A stretch of DNA of 64,000 nt from Lytechinus pictus (lineage: Eukaryota), in the NCBI RefSeq assembly GCF_037042905.1, contig NC_087252.1, forward strand, positions 20,090,001-20,154,000. The letters run 5' to 3'. Under the pieces are notes generated by a model. It was not told the DNA's origin. It saw only the letters and a list, made by a program, of their open reading frames with translations, and did no database searches. A program made the translations under genes and the position numbers. Shown here in pieces: positions 14,223 to 28,078 of this stretch (positions are counted from its first letter, which is position 1; each line of letters begins with the position of its first letter).

Positions 14223-16775
14223 AAAATACTGCCCCCAATTGGTTGGACACATAATTACCCTCGTGGTGGTCAAGATTTTACCCAATACTTTTTACTATGT
14301 ATATAGATTGAAAGGTCATTTTGAAATAAGTGGGGGGGGGGGCGGGGAAGGAAAAGAAAAAAAAGAATAGGTCGAGAAAGGAGAAGAGAGAAAATGTGAA
14401 AGGGAGATTCGGGGGGTAAGCCTTATACATTTTTTGAGGAACAATCTAAACAATGTGCAGATGACCATCAAGTAGTGATTTCATGCTATATTATATGTTA
14501 AGCCTTCAGCCCCCCTCCCTCCACCCCCGAGTTAACCACTCATACAAATCGACAGTGTACGTCGACTCTTTTGAGTCACTTGATTCTTTTCAGCGAGTTT
14601 TCGTACCGGCGACGCAGAACGAATTGAAAACACAGTGAATTACTGAAAATGACCGTCAAATGACAATTAACATCAAGGAGGTCTTTGTCGAAAATTGGTG
14701 GACTGGAACAGCAGAGTCGTCCGAAGTATCAGCGCTGACGGAAAATTACAAATATGTTGTCTGCCTAGAGACAAAACTGCCATTTTGATACACCAATTTT
14801 TTTTACAAAAACATCTTGCTTGTCCATTGTCATGAAGGATATTTGAAAGTGTTCTGAAACTAATATTTAGGTTTTATGACGCATACGATCCAGATATGAA
14901 TACTATGTCTGTTCAATAATATCTGCAAAATCCTCACACCTCGTATATTCGTTATTTTTTAGTAATACATAAAGAGACTCTTTGTAACAACAAATATTAT
15001 GGGTAACGCTTGCCCGACGACTAGGAGCCGACCGACCATTTCATTATGAAATATAATAAACATAATCAGACCTGCAGAACACTATTCTTGATAGGCTTAG
15101 GAATCTATTATAATGACACAACATGCACGATGGCACATAAACCGTTTTCCTTGCCCTATATTATGCGATAAACTCAGACTAGTTGAAAAAAACCAGAGAT
15201 AAAACTCGATGAGTAAATACTCTGGAAAAACTGTGAGAGACTTTTGCAAAAACCTTTCTCTAAATCTGTTTATGAAACTACAATATTCTGTGAAATTTTG
15301 AACACTTCGCTCTACTAATTTCAAGTTTTGTAAATTTGTCATGACGAAGAGAACAGGCTAGCATGATACGCCAAACGTATCCTTACAACATGTTATCCTT
15401 TTTTTCCGCGCCCTAATGAACCCTTCATTACATTCCACGGAGGCTTCGAACTCCTATTGACCATGCGACCTTGCAATGTATACGGACATTAAAGAAAAAA
15501 TGAAACCTTTACAGCAAAAAAGCTTGTGTGAAAACAGGAAAAAAATCAAAGAAACAGATCAATGAAAGTTTGAGAAAAAATGGATGATTAATAAGAAAGT
15601 TACGAGCATTCGAAGTTAAGATCATTATTGTAATGTAGATCATCCCATTGGCAATTCGACAAAGATGTGTGATATGTGAACAACTTTCCTATTGCTTTAG
15701 TATATATTTCAATTAAAATGCCTATTTTATCACATCTATCAATAGACCATGAATTATTTCTATAGGACGGCTTGTAATACAGATTTTCAAAGAATATATT
15801 ATGGACAAAGAGTTTGTATCACCATAAGAAAGAGCAAAAAGAGAGACATTTTGGAGGTATTTTATAGTCCATCAAAGGGAAAGTTGTTCACATGTGACAT
15901 CAAACATATCTGTCGCATTGCCAGTGCGAGGATCTCCATAGCATTAGTGATCGCAACATTAAAATGCTCATAACTTTCTCATTATTTGTCTGATTTATTT
16001 CAAACGTTCTGTGATCTTATTGTTTGATTTTTTTTCTCTTTCCACACAAGCCCACCTGTTCCAAGGGTTTTCTTCCCCTTTAACGAAACAGACAACATTT
16101 ACCTGCTATACAACCGTAACGCAGGTAAATAATTGCCACCTTTCGCAATCCTCACGGACGGTAATATTAGAGTCCCCTAACACAAAAGTTGACGCTTAAT
16201 CATACACATGATTTTTAAGATTGATTGTACATTATAGTAAATAGAATCAAACTTAGAAAACTGCTCTACAATCAATGCTAAGATTTGTGTTACAGGGGGG
16301 TTACAGGCCCTACAGATCTGCTTTTCGTGTGCAAAATTCTTTCCCGCGACACCCGCGCGCCATACATGCATGTATTACAACTGATGGCTGGAGATATTCG
16401 AAATGCAGGACCTAAAATAGAATATGACATGGATAAGAAAGTGGTTTTTCAAACAAATCGAGTACATATTGAGTGAGGAAATACTTACTGAATTAAGGCT
16501 TAGATATAGATCATTACATTCCATCGAATCGATATTGCATTTAATGTGGATTATTGATGGATCTCTGGCAATTGATTCCATGGGTCAAATCACATCTCCA
16601 GCCAAAACCATTTCGCATGCGTTGATATGTACACAGCGTATGCAATACGATTGAACATGCGGACTTCTTTTGTTTCTTTTGTTTACTCCTTCTACATAAA
16701 CGATACGCCTCTAGCACACGATGTAATGGGCATTATGTTTTACTCTCCCCAGAAATGGGGGATAAGATTCAAATT

Positions 16776-17080
16776 CCGGGGGGACCACTTTCATCGATGA
16801 GTGGATACCAGGCACGACCATGGGGTTTCGAAAAGTACCCTAAACAAGGGAAGCAAGTCTTTTCCAGATTATGAAAATGCATCTTTTAACAAGTATTTGG
16901 CTTGTGAAACCCTACAAGTATTTGAAATATATCCCCTTTTTCAGCATTTTAATCATCGTTTTTGACACCTTTATAACGTTACATAGGCCTATACGTAACG
17001 TACTTACCCACTCTTTCCCTTTTACGCGTGGTTGCGCCTGGTATCCACTCTTCAATGGAAGTGGGCCCCCCCCCCCCGGG
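16776..17080. mobile_element. CCC/GGG-terminated MITE (same family as 23496-26830 and the fragment at about 36420-36500)
   Basis: gagtggatacca / tggtatccactc inverted termini with G/C runs. Confidence 0.7.
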
Positions 17081-17823
17081 CGGCCTCTCGAGCTCTGGGA
17101 GGAACCAATAAGCCAGTTCGTAGTTCCTTTCTGCGCATGATCAAAAGATTCTACGCATGATCAGAGGAAGGTCATTTGTACTAAAGTGACATGGTGCTTT
17201 AAAATCTAATGAGATAAGCACCAACTTTGATGTCTTGAATATTCATATATTCTTTTGAATTGTGGTTTTCATTTCCATTCACAAAAAGCAACAATGCGTC
17301 CACGAACGACTGGTATTTCACAGTTTGCCAAGTACATTGTGCAACATGCTATGATATGCATTCAAAGTAGGAATGCAACAAATGCCTTCATAAAGTGTTC
17401 ATTGGTGTGCTATTCTAGTAACCTGGTCTATTCAATTTCTTTATCCTGCTATGTAAGGCAAGCTTACGTAATATCTTGCTTTGAAATCTGCCTATCATAA
17501 TGAAAGAAATGAAAGGTCATTTGACCAAAATTGTCCATGAAGTAACTACGAACTGGTCTATTGTGGATTTGGAAAGTCGTCCTAAATCGGATATATCGCT
17601 GTTACCATAGTAGCAACCAGAATTTTGCACACGAAACGCTAATTAAATGTTTCCGTTCCAGATGCGAAACGAAAAAAAAATCTCATGTCACACAATTTGC
17701 ATTGCAGGACATAGTTTTACGACCATGACGACGGGCCCAAAAGTCTCATCCAAAATCAACTAACGTCGTAAATAAGCGTTCGCGTTCTTCCAACGAAAGG
17801 TCGGGAATGTAAAATTTTGATTC

Positions 17824-20800
17824 TCAAAGTCCTTTACAAGGGAGATCAATGATCCATTCACTACCGAAACGACTTCGCGCCAATAAGCCGACATCCCTAA
17901 CCACTTCATTGGCTTCCCCCTGTATCGAAACAATCGGGGTCGAGTTTCCTTCGAGACCCAACTGGTAAAGGCCATCAGTATTAAACTGAACCCAAAAAGA
18001 ATCAAATCCCGATGCGTTACAATGAAGTTGGACGTGCCGGATCCTATCCGAGAAAATCCTCGCAATGATTATACCTCCTGACTGAATATCGATGTATGCT
18101 TTGTGTGGTGGCGAGTCCAAACAAATACCTATAGAAACAAAGTAGTATCAATATGTATGGCAATGTACAAGTGATATGTTAAAAAGTATTAGAAGCGTTC
18201 TTGATTTACTCGTTTAGAACGTGAAATGATTCCGTAGATAATTCAATCATCTGCGTGCAATATAATTTGGACAGGTGGGTCCAAAATTTACGTGACGATT
18301 GAAGTAATTCATTTTATACAAAATGTTTGTATATCAAAGTGTAAGGCCAAAACATATAAATATACACTGCAAAAACTCCGATGTTGATTTACCACCAGCC
18401 GGAATCTATATATGTCCACGTCAAAAACGTATTGAAAAAACACCAGTTTGAAATCAATCCGATGCTGTTTTAATGCTAATTGGTGTTGTATAAACACCTA
18501 TCTGGTGTTTAATAGACCAGCGCTTCTCAACCTTTTTGTAGGCGAGAAGCGCTCTCAGATTTTTTTTTTCGAGGCCGACCAAAATTTTAATAAAACATCC
18601 GTTTTGGTGAAGAAATATTTCATGCAACTTAAAGACAAAGCTCTGAAGAACATTCGAAACAAACAGTTAGAGAACTACCTATCTCCTGATCTGCATTCGC
18701 AAAGGTCCGGTATAAAATGGGCGACAATTAACTACATACACAACATGCAGGCACATGAGGTTCACATCAAAATTAGATCGAAACAATCACAGTGTGCATG
18801 TGCATGCTTTTGCAAAGAGCATGATATCTAAAGCGTACTTAAGCTTTGTTTGACCAACGTTGACCGATCTGACACAACATGTTCGGACAGGTCTGAGAAA
18901 TATATTATATCTTTTCCCTAATTTTTCTGTCTCCGTCTGGAGCTTTGCGGCCCATGGGTTGAGAAGCGCTGTAATATACCAAACCAAAGTGGTGTTGTTT
19001 AACACTTCTCTGGTGTGGACATATATAGATACCGGGCTGGTGTTAAATCAACGCTGGTGTTTTTGCAGCATGTAATATATATGAATGAAGAGACCAATGG
19101 TAAGCGTAGCTTAAGTCAAACTTCCCCAAAGCTACATCGCTAAGGCACTGGCGTTCTAAGCTGGGGGCCCAGGATCGATTCCTGGCAAAGACATTTTTCG
19201 GCCTTACCAATGATTCCAAAGGGTATGTAGCTCACGGGAACATTGGTTTACGCTACGCCTTCGATTATTCTCTTCATTCATTTCTTTTACAGCATGTTTA
19301 AATAGAGAATTGTCAAAGCTGTTTTACATTATGTGAATATACATATATATTTCGTTCATATTTTTTTCATAATTTAGCCCTTTGGAGAAGCTAGGACGTA
19401 CCTTTGCATTCAATTCTTATTAATTTCCTCACTATACATTAATTTCCAGATTTTCTTGGCGCCTGATTGGCGAAGGGGGGGGGGGCTCCCTTTGATATTT
19501 CAAGAAGTTAAAACAGAAAAGGAGAGAGAAGGGGATGAAGAAGGGGATATATCAGCGGATCGTATACAAATAAGAGAGATAGCTTGGCCGTGTAACTCCC
19601 TGACGTAAACATTATATCGTCTCGCACCCACATCATAATATAACATTTCTGCACCGCGACTCAGAATACTTTCAAGAACATAACAAATGTATTGTCAAAC
19701 ACCCTCCATAATAAAGAACCACAAAGTCTTTGTCGGGAATCGGTGAATCAAAAAAGTAGTTTCCTTCTGGACTGTGCACAAACGACATACTTGCAATTTT
19801 CCGTCAGCTTATAGGACGAAACTGCTGCTCCGGTTCTCCAATTTTTGACAAAGAACATCCAGCTGCTTATTGTCATTTGACGGAATTTGATAATATATTT
19901 TCTATGTTCCTGAAAGCGTTCTGCGTGGCTGTGCGCCAAACTTCCCTTAAAACCCCCTAACGACACCCCTGGTTCTTATCTTATTTTTTAATGAGCTGTA
20001 CAATAGACTGGGAGCCTAAAATATACGTTTGTGACCATACCATACGTGGGTAAAATAGGCACGTCTATGGCCTTTGCAGACAAATTTCACAGAGAGATAC
20101 ATCACCGGACTGGTACTGTACTGCATATGGACTGCTTGTGGAGCCAGGTATGACATTTCGGGCCAAATTTTCGCCATTTTTATTAAAAAAACAATTTGTT
20201 ATAGATTTAGACATAATATTCAGAATATTTTTAATATATTTTACCCTTCTCTCTTTCCATTTCTCTTTTTATCTCGATAGTGCAAATTTGGGAGGGGCAA
20301 ACGCCCCAAGACCCTCCCCATTTGTAGGCCAGTGTTTATATACCTTCGTTCGTTCAGTTTGACGAACAAGCGAAATGTAATAATGGATAAACGTCTGGGC
20401 CCGTATTCCATAAACGAGATAAGCTTTTTGCTTAAGTTTGAGCAATTTGTATTAGCATTTTGCTTGTCTAAGAAATCTTCCCTAACGATATTCTTTAAAC
20501 TTTAAGACATTTGTCTCAAGTCAGATGATATGGCTAAGCCAAAGTCTCAAATTATATGACGTCATGAGAAAATTGCAACTTCGTCACGCAACTTTTGTCG
20601 CGAACGTAACAGCTGCTCCGCGGTAAAAAGTCTTTGCGTTTAATGTGTTAAAGCAAAAATCGCATCATAACAAATATCAAGATGGAGGCTGAGAAAAAAA
20701 GGAAGGCCAATTTCACTGAAGGGGAGAACATTACGCTAATAGCAGAAATAAGAGAAAGGGAAGAGATCTTGAGACCCACGCTTAATTCACGTATCACGTT

Positions 20801-21893
20801 CAGGATAAAGAAAAGGCGTGGGCCGAAATTGCCTTGAAACTAAAACAATTAAGACAAATCACAACTGTCTCAAAGCTATGGCAAAATTCTTAGCCATTTA
20901 TTTATTTATGGAATACAGACTGCAGTTTTAAGAAAAGTTGCTTAGCCATTCATCCTATATCTGTCTTAGTCGCGCAAAAACTCTTAGCCAAATTCTAAGA
21001 CAAAATTCTTAGCCAATTCTTTATGGAATACGCGTTTTGGCTAAGAATTTGTCTTAGACAGAAAATAAGACAAAATGCTTTGATTTTTTACTTAAGCATG
21101 CTTATCTCGTTTATGGAATACGGGCCCTGGGCCCCGTCTTACAAAGAGTTGCGATTGATCCGATCAACCTCAACTATGGAAAGCCAGCAACACCAATGTG
21201 TAAAACGCATGTTTGGTCAAAATATTATCTAGATATGATGTATATTCATACATTCATCGTTTGCTTGAAAATTCAGAGTGCCCCTTTTTGTTCACAAAGG
21301 ACATTTTGGAAATTTATTGTAGGAAAAAAATGACACTGATGGATTTCCATAAAGTTGAGGTTGATCGGATCAATCGCAACTCTTTGTAAGACCGGCCCAG
21401 ATTTAAGTCATTATCGATTTATTCACCTGTCGAGCGCAACTGATATGTTATGATTTATATATCCAAATATGCTTCGTATATTTCTGTATTATTTTTCAAA
21501 GAACATATTCCAATAGTTCATAAGCTCCACCCCTTAACGAATGACTCCACCCCCTCCTCCCAACACTTGAACAGGGGCCCGTTGCAGAAAGAGTTGCGTT
21601 AAACGTAAGCCGAAAAATCAATCGCAAGTCCCGAATGCGCGCTGTTGATTGGTTGAAATTCAAGTTGTGCATGATTTTTAGAGTTGTGATTGATTGAAAC
21701 TCTTTCTGCAACGGGCCCCAGGTCCTGTCTGCATACTAACCAAACATATACCAGCGGTACAGATTGTTTTTTCTAGCAAACAGAATCAGACGAGCTGGTC
21801 CACCTCGATGCTTAAATGCTATCCTGGTCTTTCCGCTGATGTATATAACGCGGTTTCTCTTTATGAATTCACTCCTCACAAATATATTGCAAT
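17824..21893 (-). CDS. Two exons encoding a farnesoic acid O-methyltransferase-like (Methyltransf_FA) domain
   Basis: Exon 21893-21741 (DCNIFVRSEFIKRNRVIYISGKTRIAFKHRGGPARLILFARKNNLYRWYMF, phase 1-1, tag/gttagt) splices in frame to 18128-17824 (GICLDSPPHK...FWVQFNTDGLYQLGLEGNSTPIVSIQGEANEVVRDVGLLARSRFGSEWIIDLPCKGL*). The FWV..DG...G..G...P...V..VG......G..W pattern resembles FAMeT domains (recognised by eye). Confidence 0.65.
18365..19072. mobile_element. CAC-terminated MITE hosting a nested hAT (Charlie-like) MITE at 18518-18971
   Basis: Inner TIR CAGCGCTTCTCAACC / GGTTGAGAAGCGCTG with TSD TAATAGAC/TAATATAC; uninterrupted host copy at 62042-62293. Confidence 0.8.
19081..19340 (+). mobile_element. 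tRNA-derived element (family 2) with inverted 5' copy of its own 3' part
   Basis: 19081-19137 is inverted relative to 19224-19281; truncated tRNA head 19139-19190 (GGATCGATTCC B-box-like); AT-rich flanks. Confidence 0.65.
20398..21126 (+). mobile_element. Harbinger deletion derivative carrying a Myb/SANT-like ORF remnant
   Basis: 27-bp perfect TIR GGCCCGTATTCCATAAACGAGATAAGC; CTG TSD; 20682-20845 MEAEKKRKANFTEGENITLIAEIREREEIL..(frameshift)..QDKEKAWAEIALKLK. Confidence 0.8.
21130..21397. mobile_element. Harbinger MITE abutting the previous element
   Basis: TIR gtcttacaaagagttgcgattgatccgatcaacc and its inverse; CWG flanks; partial copy at about 37950-38095. Confidence 0.75.
21575..21718. 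mobile_element. Harbinger MITE
   Basis: TIR GGGCCCGTTGCAGAAAGAGTT; CAG TSD. Confidence 0.8.
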
Positions 21894-22209
21894 CTACAGA
21901 AAATGATATCAGTGAATAAAAAAGAGAAGTATGACGAACTAAAATAAGGGCCTCTCATTTCTCATTCTTATTATCATTAATCTTCTTTATCGCATTGACG
22001 CAAAATGGCGACAATGCTTTGTTCTTGTTCCATATTTCTATTTCGCAATCTTATTCTTCTTTCCATTGACGTCAAATATCCTGCACGCTACAGACTTCTT
22101 ACAAATTGCTGTAGATTTGTCGAGGAGTTGCTCTTTCATTTGCGACGCTTCAAAACGCCATCTTCATGCTCAAAATTCAAATCCGCAATAGTCTTCTTTC
22201 AAAAATCTA

Positions 22210-22351
22210 CACCCCCAAAAAACAAAGAGCTAATTTAGCTCTAAAAGAGCATGTATAGTGACTGCACTTCGGAGTGATGATCAGCACTCCGAAGTGCAGT
22301 CTCTATACACGCTCTTTAAGAGCTGAATCAGCTCTTCGTTTTTTAGAAGTG
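22210..22351. mobile_element. Near-perfect palindromic CAC-type MITE
   Basis: Centre gactgcacttcggagtg atgatcag cactccgaagtgcagtc; TA flanks. Confidence 0.75.
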
Positions 22352-22619
22352 TAATATTTTCTCAAATGCTAAGTAGAATATTGTAATATAGTCATAACTC
22401 TCTCATGGCATCGAAACACACTTTCTATTTAAATATCACGCACCGGTGATCATTCGTTATGGTGATAGCGTCCTTTATTTTTTTTCAAATAGTTTTTCTT
22501 TGATTCGTCCACATCGCGTCATGCATGACCAAATTAGGTTCTTCAAGATGCCTTTTCAAGGCATAAAAAACGTAACCATTGACGAAATATTTGCATATAA
22601 AAATATTATTATTATTATT

Positions 22620-22830
22620 AATTTGTAAGCAAATTTTTGGGCATTACTCCAATGTGTTTAAGATCGCATGTTCGATCTGTAATGAAAATCATAATTCAGA
22701 AAAAATTGGAACCAGTGGGATTCAAACCTGCCATCTACTGCTTGTCGGGTAGTGACTCAACAACCAAGCTATTCTGGTTCACTGCTAAGTCACGATGAAC
22801 TGGAATACAAAAACCCTCGATCCTCTTCTT
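22620..22830 (-). mobile_element. Single-arm diverged copy of the 55-kb tRNA-headed family
   Basis: Collinear with 55128-55330 (gtgtttaagatc...aaaaattggaaccagtgggattc...gatgaactggaatacaa). Confidence 0.8.
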
Positions 22831-23971
22831 TCTGACTTATTAATATGCAAATGCATGTTTCGAAATCAGACACCAAATTATCTGATCGTACCGGCGCGCC
22901 GTCTCATCGACGAGTTGATGAGACCATTCATTTTCCTTTGTTTACGGAATATTGAAGACTGCTGGAGCTTTTGCAAAATGGGCGGAGCCAGAACTAAAGA
23001 CCGGCTGGCCGGCCTTGTCAAACCTTGATGTTAACAATTATGTACTATCCACATTGGTTTCAAAGGAAACCAAAACCCAAGAGAAAAAGCAATCTTATTG
23101 GAAGGAGTAAAACAAGTGGAACAAGTTAAAACAAAATCGGTTGTGAAATAAGCAGTTATGGACGTTTAAAACGTTTGGATCTACTTTCTATGGGTATCTT
23201 CAAAAATTAGCAGACATGCTTCAAAATGGCTGATTTGGTGGACAAGCTTCCATTTGTTTTGTAAAGAAATTTTCAGATTTTCCCCTTATTTTACATATTT
23301 CACATCATTTACTCCTGACCATGACATGTGTGGTGTGAAATATATTTTCCCATGACATATGTTATGCCCAGAAGGAGGCAATATGCAATTTGAAAGATAA
23401 TGCACATTTAAGTGAAATGTTACCGTTCTGATAATTTTTGGGGGGCGAGTGAATGTTAGATGTCTGGTTTCTAGCTTAAATTTTGTTTGAACACCCCTGG
23501 GGGGGGGGGGGCACTTACATTGACGAGAGGATACCATGCGCGACCCAAAAACACGTTAAAAGGGTGTCTTTTTCAAGATAGGGCACAATGCAAACGTAAC
23601 GTAATAAGGGTGTCAAAAACACTAAAATAATGAAAAAATAGTATCTGTTTTGCTAGGAAAGCTACGTGTTTAGGGTCAAATTTGCAACGGTATAAAAAAA
23701 ATAAAATGTTTTATAAAGGATGTACTTTTTGCCCCAACAGTCAACACGAGTATTTGCGCGAGGTGTGGGAGGTGGGGCCGTACTAAACCCAATGATGTAG
23801 GTAAAGGTAAAACCGACGTCCGTGACATAACAATTAAAATATCACTGTACTTGTTAAGGGGTTCATTTCAGGGAATGCTTGCCAATGGTATCGTTTTGTT
23901 TCTAATAATTGTTAAGGGAATGGTTTCACACGCCAATACTTGTTAAGGGGTGCATTTCAGAATATTGAATA

Positions 23972-26752
23972 TAGTCCAGGATAGAAGGGGTCGAACCTTG
24001 TTTTTTTTTATATATACAATGTTTTTTTATGGTTTCTTGTCAATTCGAGGGTGCTGATTCCGAATCTGAATGATGCCACTCGTGTAACCTTGAGCATTTT
24101 CTGCAAATTGGCAAAATCCAATATGGCCGCCAAAATATTCAAATTACCCATGAAAATCATAAAATTGTCCACACATTGGCTTTAAAGTACATGCAATTGT
24201 GCTGCCGGAGTGAAATAATATCTGAAAAAATGATTTTTGTCAAAATATTTATTTTCTTGATATCAAAATGGCCGCCATCATAGACCCCTGTACAATATGA
24301 ATGGGGAAAATTAATTTTTACAAAATTGAGCACTGAAATGCAAGTAATTATGATATATGAGTGAAGCAATGTCTGTAAACATGATTGCTAACGATATACA
24401 TCATTTGTTATGTCAGTTATGTGATAAATCCTGTATTTTGATATTCAAAATGGCCTTCAAAAGCCCTAACACTATTATGTACAATGTGAATGGTGACACA
24501 AAAAAATCACAAGAGTGAGCACTAAAATGCATTTTGTTGAGATAAACGAGTGGAATACTGACTAAAACATTATTGTTAACGAAATTTATTATTTAACATG
24601 CCATGTATGTGATAAACCCTGTATTTTGATATTTAATATGACCGCCAAAGGCCCTAAAATTATGATCTACGATGTGAGAGAGGACAAAAACAATCATAAG
24701 GTGAGCACTAAAACGTATTTTTTTGTGGTAAATTAGTGGAATACTGTCTTCAAATATAATTTGCAACGAAATGTATTATTCGGGTTTCATATTTGTGTTA
24801 AATATTGTATTTTGACTTTCAAAATGGCCGCCAAAAGACATTGACTGTATTATGTACAATCGATCTGGGAAACCAATTTTTACATGAGTCAGCACCATAA
24901 CATGCATATAATTGTGATTTAAGAGTAAAATATTGTCTGAAAACATAATTCCTAACAAGATATATCATTCATTCTGCCAGGTAGGTGATGAATAATGTAT
25001 TTTGAAAGTCAAAATGACCGCTACAGGCCCTAACGGTAGGCCTATTATGTACTTTGTGAATGGGAACATATAATTTTAACAGAATTTGACTTTGCTTGAC
25101 TAAATGGTGTTGCATGTATGAGTGAAATATCGTCTGAAAATATGATTTTGTAACCAAATAGATCATTTCTTATGTTATTTAGGTGATAAATGCTATATTT
25201 AGATTTCAAAATGGCTGCAATATGTTTCTTTGTGGAAATTATCTTTCCCCATTCAAATTTTACATATTAAGATAAGAAACTATGGCGGCCATTTTTCATT
25301 TTTAAAAGGCTGCATTCAACACCTTTATGACACAAGCTATGATTCGTTAGAAATCATTGGGTTTAGACAATACTTAACACTTACATCAAAATTAAGCCAT
25401 TTTCATAGCAAAAAAATTGTCAAAATTATCTGTCCCCAGTTACAATGTACATACTACTTTGGGCTATGGCAGCAATTTAGAATTTCAAAGTAAGGCCTTT
25501 ATTACCTTCTCAACCATTATGTGATGTATTTAGTCAGAAATCATGTTCAAGACCAAATTTTACCTATACATCACATAGTTACGTGCGTTTTTGGTTCTCA
25601 TTCTGGTGATGATTAGTTTCCCTATACGCATGTTACAGAATTTGTAGGGGCTTGTGCGGCCGTTTTGAAAGTCAAAATACAGTATTTATCACCTATGGGA
25701 GAGGAAATGTTATATTTCATTACAAAAATCACGTTTTCAAACAATATTTTCCTTATACAACAGAATTATATGGATTTCATAGTCAGGCAAATCCTAATTC
25801 TTCCAAAAGTATTTGTCCCCATTTACATTGTAGATAATACTGTAAGGGCCCATAGGGGCCATTTTGAATTTTACAATACAGCATTTATCTCATGCATGAA
25901 AAATGAAATGATATGTTTCGCCAGAAATCATGTGTTTAGACAATATTTCACTCGTATAGATTACAATTACATTCATTTTATTGTTTTTACTCTTGTGAAA
26001 ATTAGTATCTTCATTCGCTTTGTTCATAATACAGATAGGGCCTATGGCAGCCATTTTGAATGTCAACATGCAGCATAATTACCGAAATTGCAAGGGAAAT
26101 GATATGTTTCGTTAGAAATCCTTGTTGTCAGACAGTGTTACACCAATATTTCGCAGTTATTGGCATTTTAAAGTCAAACAAATTCAAAGGTTGTGAAAAT
26201 TATTTGTCCCCTTTTATATATTGTACACAGTATAAGGGGTCTATGACAGCCATTTTGAATATCATAATACATCATTTATCACATTAGATAGTATACAAAT
26301 GACATAGTTTTGTTAATAGTCATGTTTTCAGACAGTAGTCCACTCGAAGGTCACAATCACATGCAATAATAGTGCTCTTGTTTGAAAAAAATATTTTCCC
26401 CATTCATATTCTACATAATAAAGTATACAGGGATTAGGGTGGCCATTTTGAATATCAATAAAATAAATATTTTGTCAAATATCGCTTTTCCAATTGGTAT
26501 TTCACTTCTGCACAACAACTACATGCATTTTATAGCTAATGTGTTGGCAATTTTATGATTTTCATGGGTAATTTGCATATTTTGGCGGCCATATTGGATT
26601 TTGCCAATTTGCGGGAAATGCTCAAGGTTACAAGAGTGGCATCATTCAGATTCGGAATCAGCACCCTCGAATTGACAAGAAACCATAAAAAAACATTGTA
26701 TATCTAAAAAAACAAGGTTCGACCCCTTGTCTATGGGGCCTATCCTGGACTA
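23972..26752. mobile_element. Academ-like non-autonomous element nested in a MITE (23496-26830)
   Basis: TAG-starting TIRs over 200 bp (TAGTCCAGGATAG / CTATCCTGGACTA); 3-bp TSD ATA; interior built of about 190-bp degenerate repeats with AAAATGGCCGCC motifs that invert at about 25250. Confidence 0.75.
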
Positions 26753-27204
26753 ATATACTTGTTTAGGGTGCTTTTCGCGACCCCATGGTCGCGCATGGTA
26801 TCCACTCGTCAATGGAAGTGGCTCTCCTGGGACACATCCTCGGTGACTTGCAGGCACATGTTTAGAATGAGATGGATATTCTCCGTCACAATCACGCGAT
26901 GGTTAGAAAAAAAAAAGCAACGCAAGACATGCAACGACAGAGGAAGTACTGTGGAAACGTTGATTGTGTTACTGTGCAAAAGGTTTGGATTCAACAGTCA
27001 TTGAAGGTAGGCAGTTGATATGTCAGTTCCAGTCACTCACAGAACGTTAACAGAGGAGATATAACTTCTCTGCAATTTGAAGGGAAAATATATGATGAAA
27101 CCTAAACCTCACATCAAAGCTGGTCGCGTGCATGTATACATTAAAACCCAAAACTTGAAAAAAGTCTTGTACCCTTCGCCTTCGATGGACCATAAACATA
27201 TGAC

Positions 27205-27305
27205 CAGGGGCGTCGATCCATTTTTCAGATTGGGGGGGCGAAATCATTAACGTTCCAAAGGCGCTCGATCGTACAAAACACCCACCCACACACACCCACA
27301 CACAC

Positions 27306-27377
<72 letters not shown>

Positions 27378-27378
27378 C

Positions 27379-27421
<43 letters not shown>

Positions 27422-27422
27422 C

Positions 27423-27463
<41 letters not shown>

Positions 27464-28078
27464 CTATATATATGTATGACTCATGAGACACAGACACGTA
27501 TCTCACTACACAGATAGTACGAGTGCCGAGAGTGAGCTCAAATTTCTTTATATTCTGAGCTGAAAACTTGATATTCTAAGCATTTTTGGAACCAATGATT
27601 AAGATTTGCATCTAAAAGAGAATAGATGCGAGCGCGAAGCGCGAGCTGAAAATTTTGATATTTCGATCTGAAAAAATGACAGTTTACTGGACGTTTTTGA
27701 TAAAGAACAAGCTATATATCCAAGAAAAGATGATTGCAAATTGAAGCAGTTCTTTTGAGGCTTAGAACTGAAAATGGGACATTTACATTCACCAATTTAA
27801 TCATGAAAAGTATGGGTTTTTGCTACAGAAATGATGCGAGCGCGAAGCGCGAGCTGAAAATTTTTATATTCCAATCTGAAAAGCGGACATTTTGAGCACG
27901 ATTTTAAATAAAGAACGAGTTGTGTATCTCAATCTCGCTTGCTGAACATTACAATCTTGTTTCTTTTTAATGCATATCCGGAATTATTGGGGGGGCAAAA
28001 CGATATGTTTGCCCCCCCCCCCAATATTTTCATTGGTGGGGCGATCGCCCCCCTGCCCCCCCAGGATCGACGCCTCTG
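27205..28078. mobile_element. hAT non-autonomous element containing a (CA)n/(TA)n microsatellite
   Basis: TIR CAGGGGCGTCGATCC / GGATCGACGCCTCTG; perfect 8-bp TSD CATATGAC. Confidence 0.85.
27290..27477. repeat. (CA)n/(TA)n microsatellite
   Basis: Seen directly. Confidence 0.95.

Noticed and set aside
25665..26078. 137-aa ORF
   Set aside because: Lies within the tandem subunits of the Academ-like element; no recognisable domain
27042..27070. Minus-strand micro-exon with good splice signals
   Set aside because: Stop in the phase-1 frame needed for the FAMeT gene; could only be UTR, unsupported
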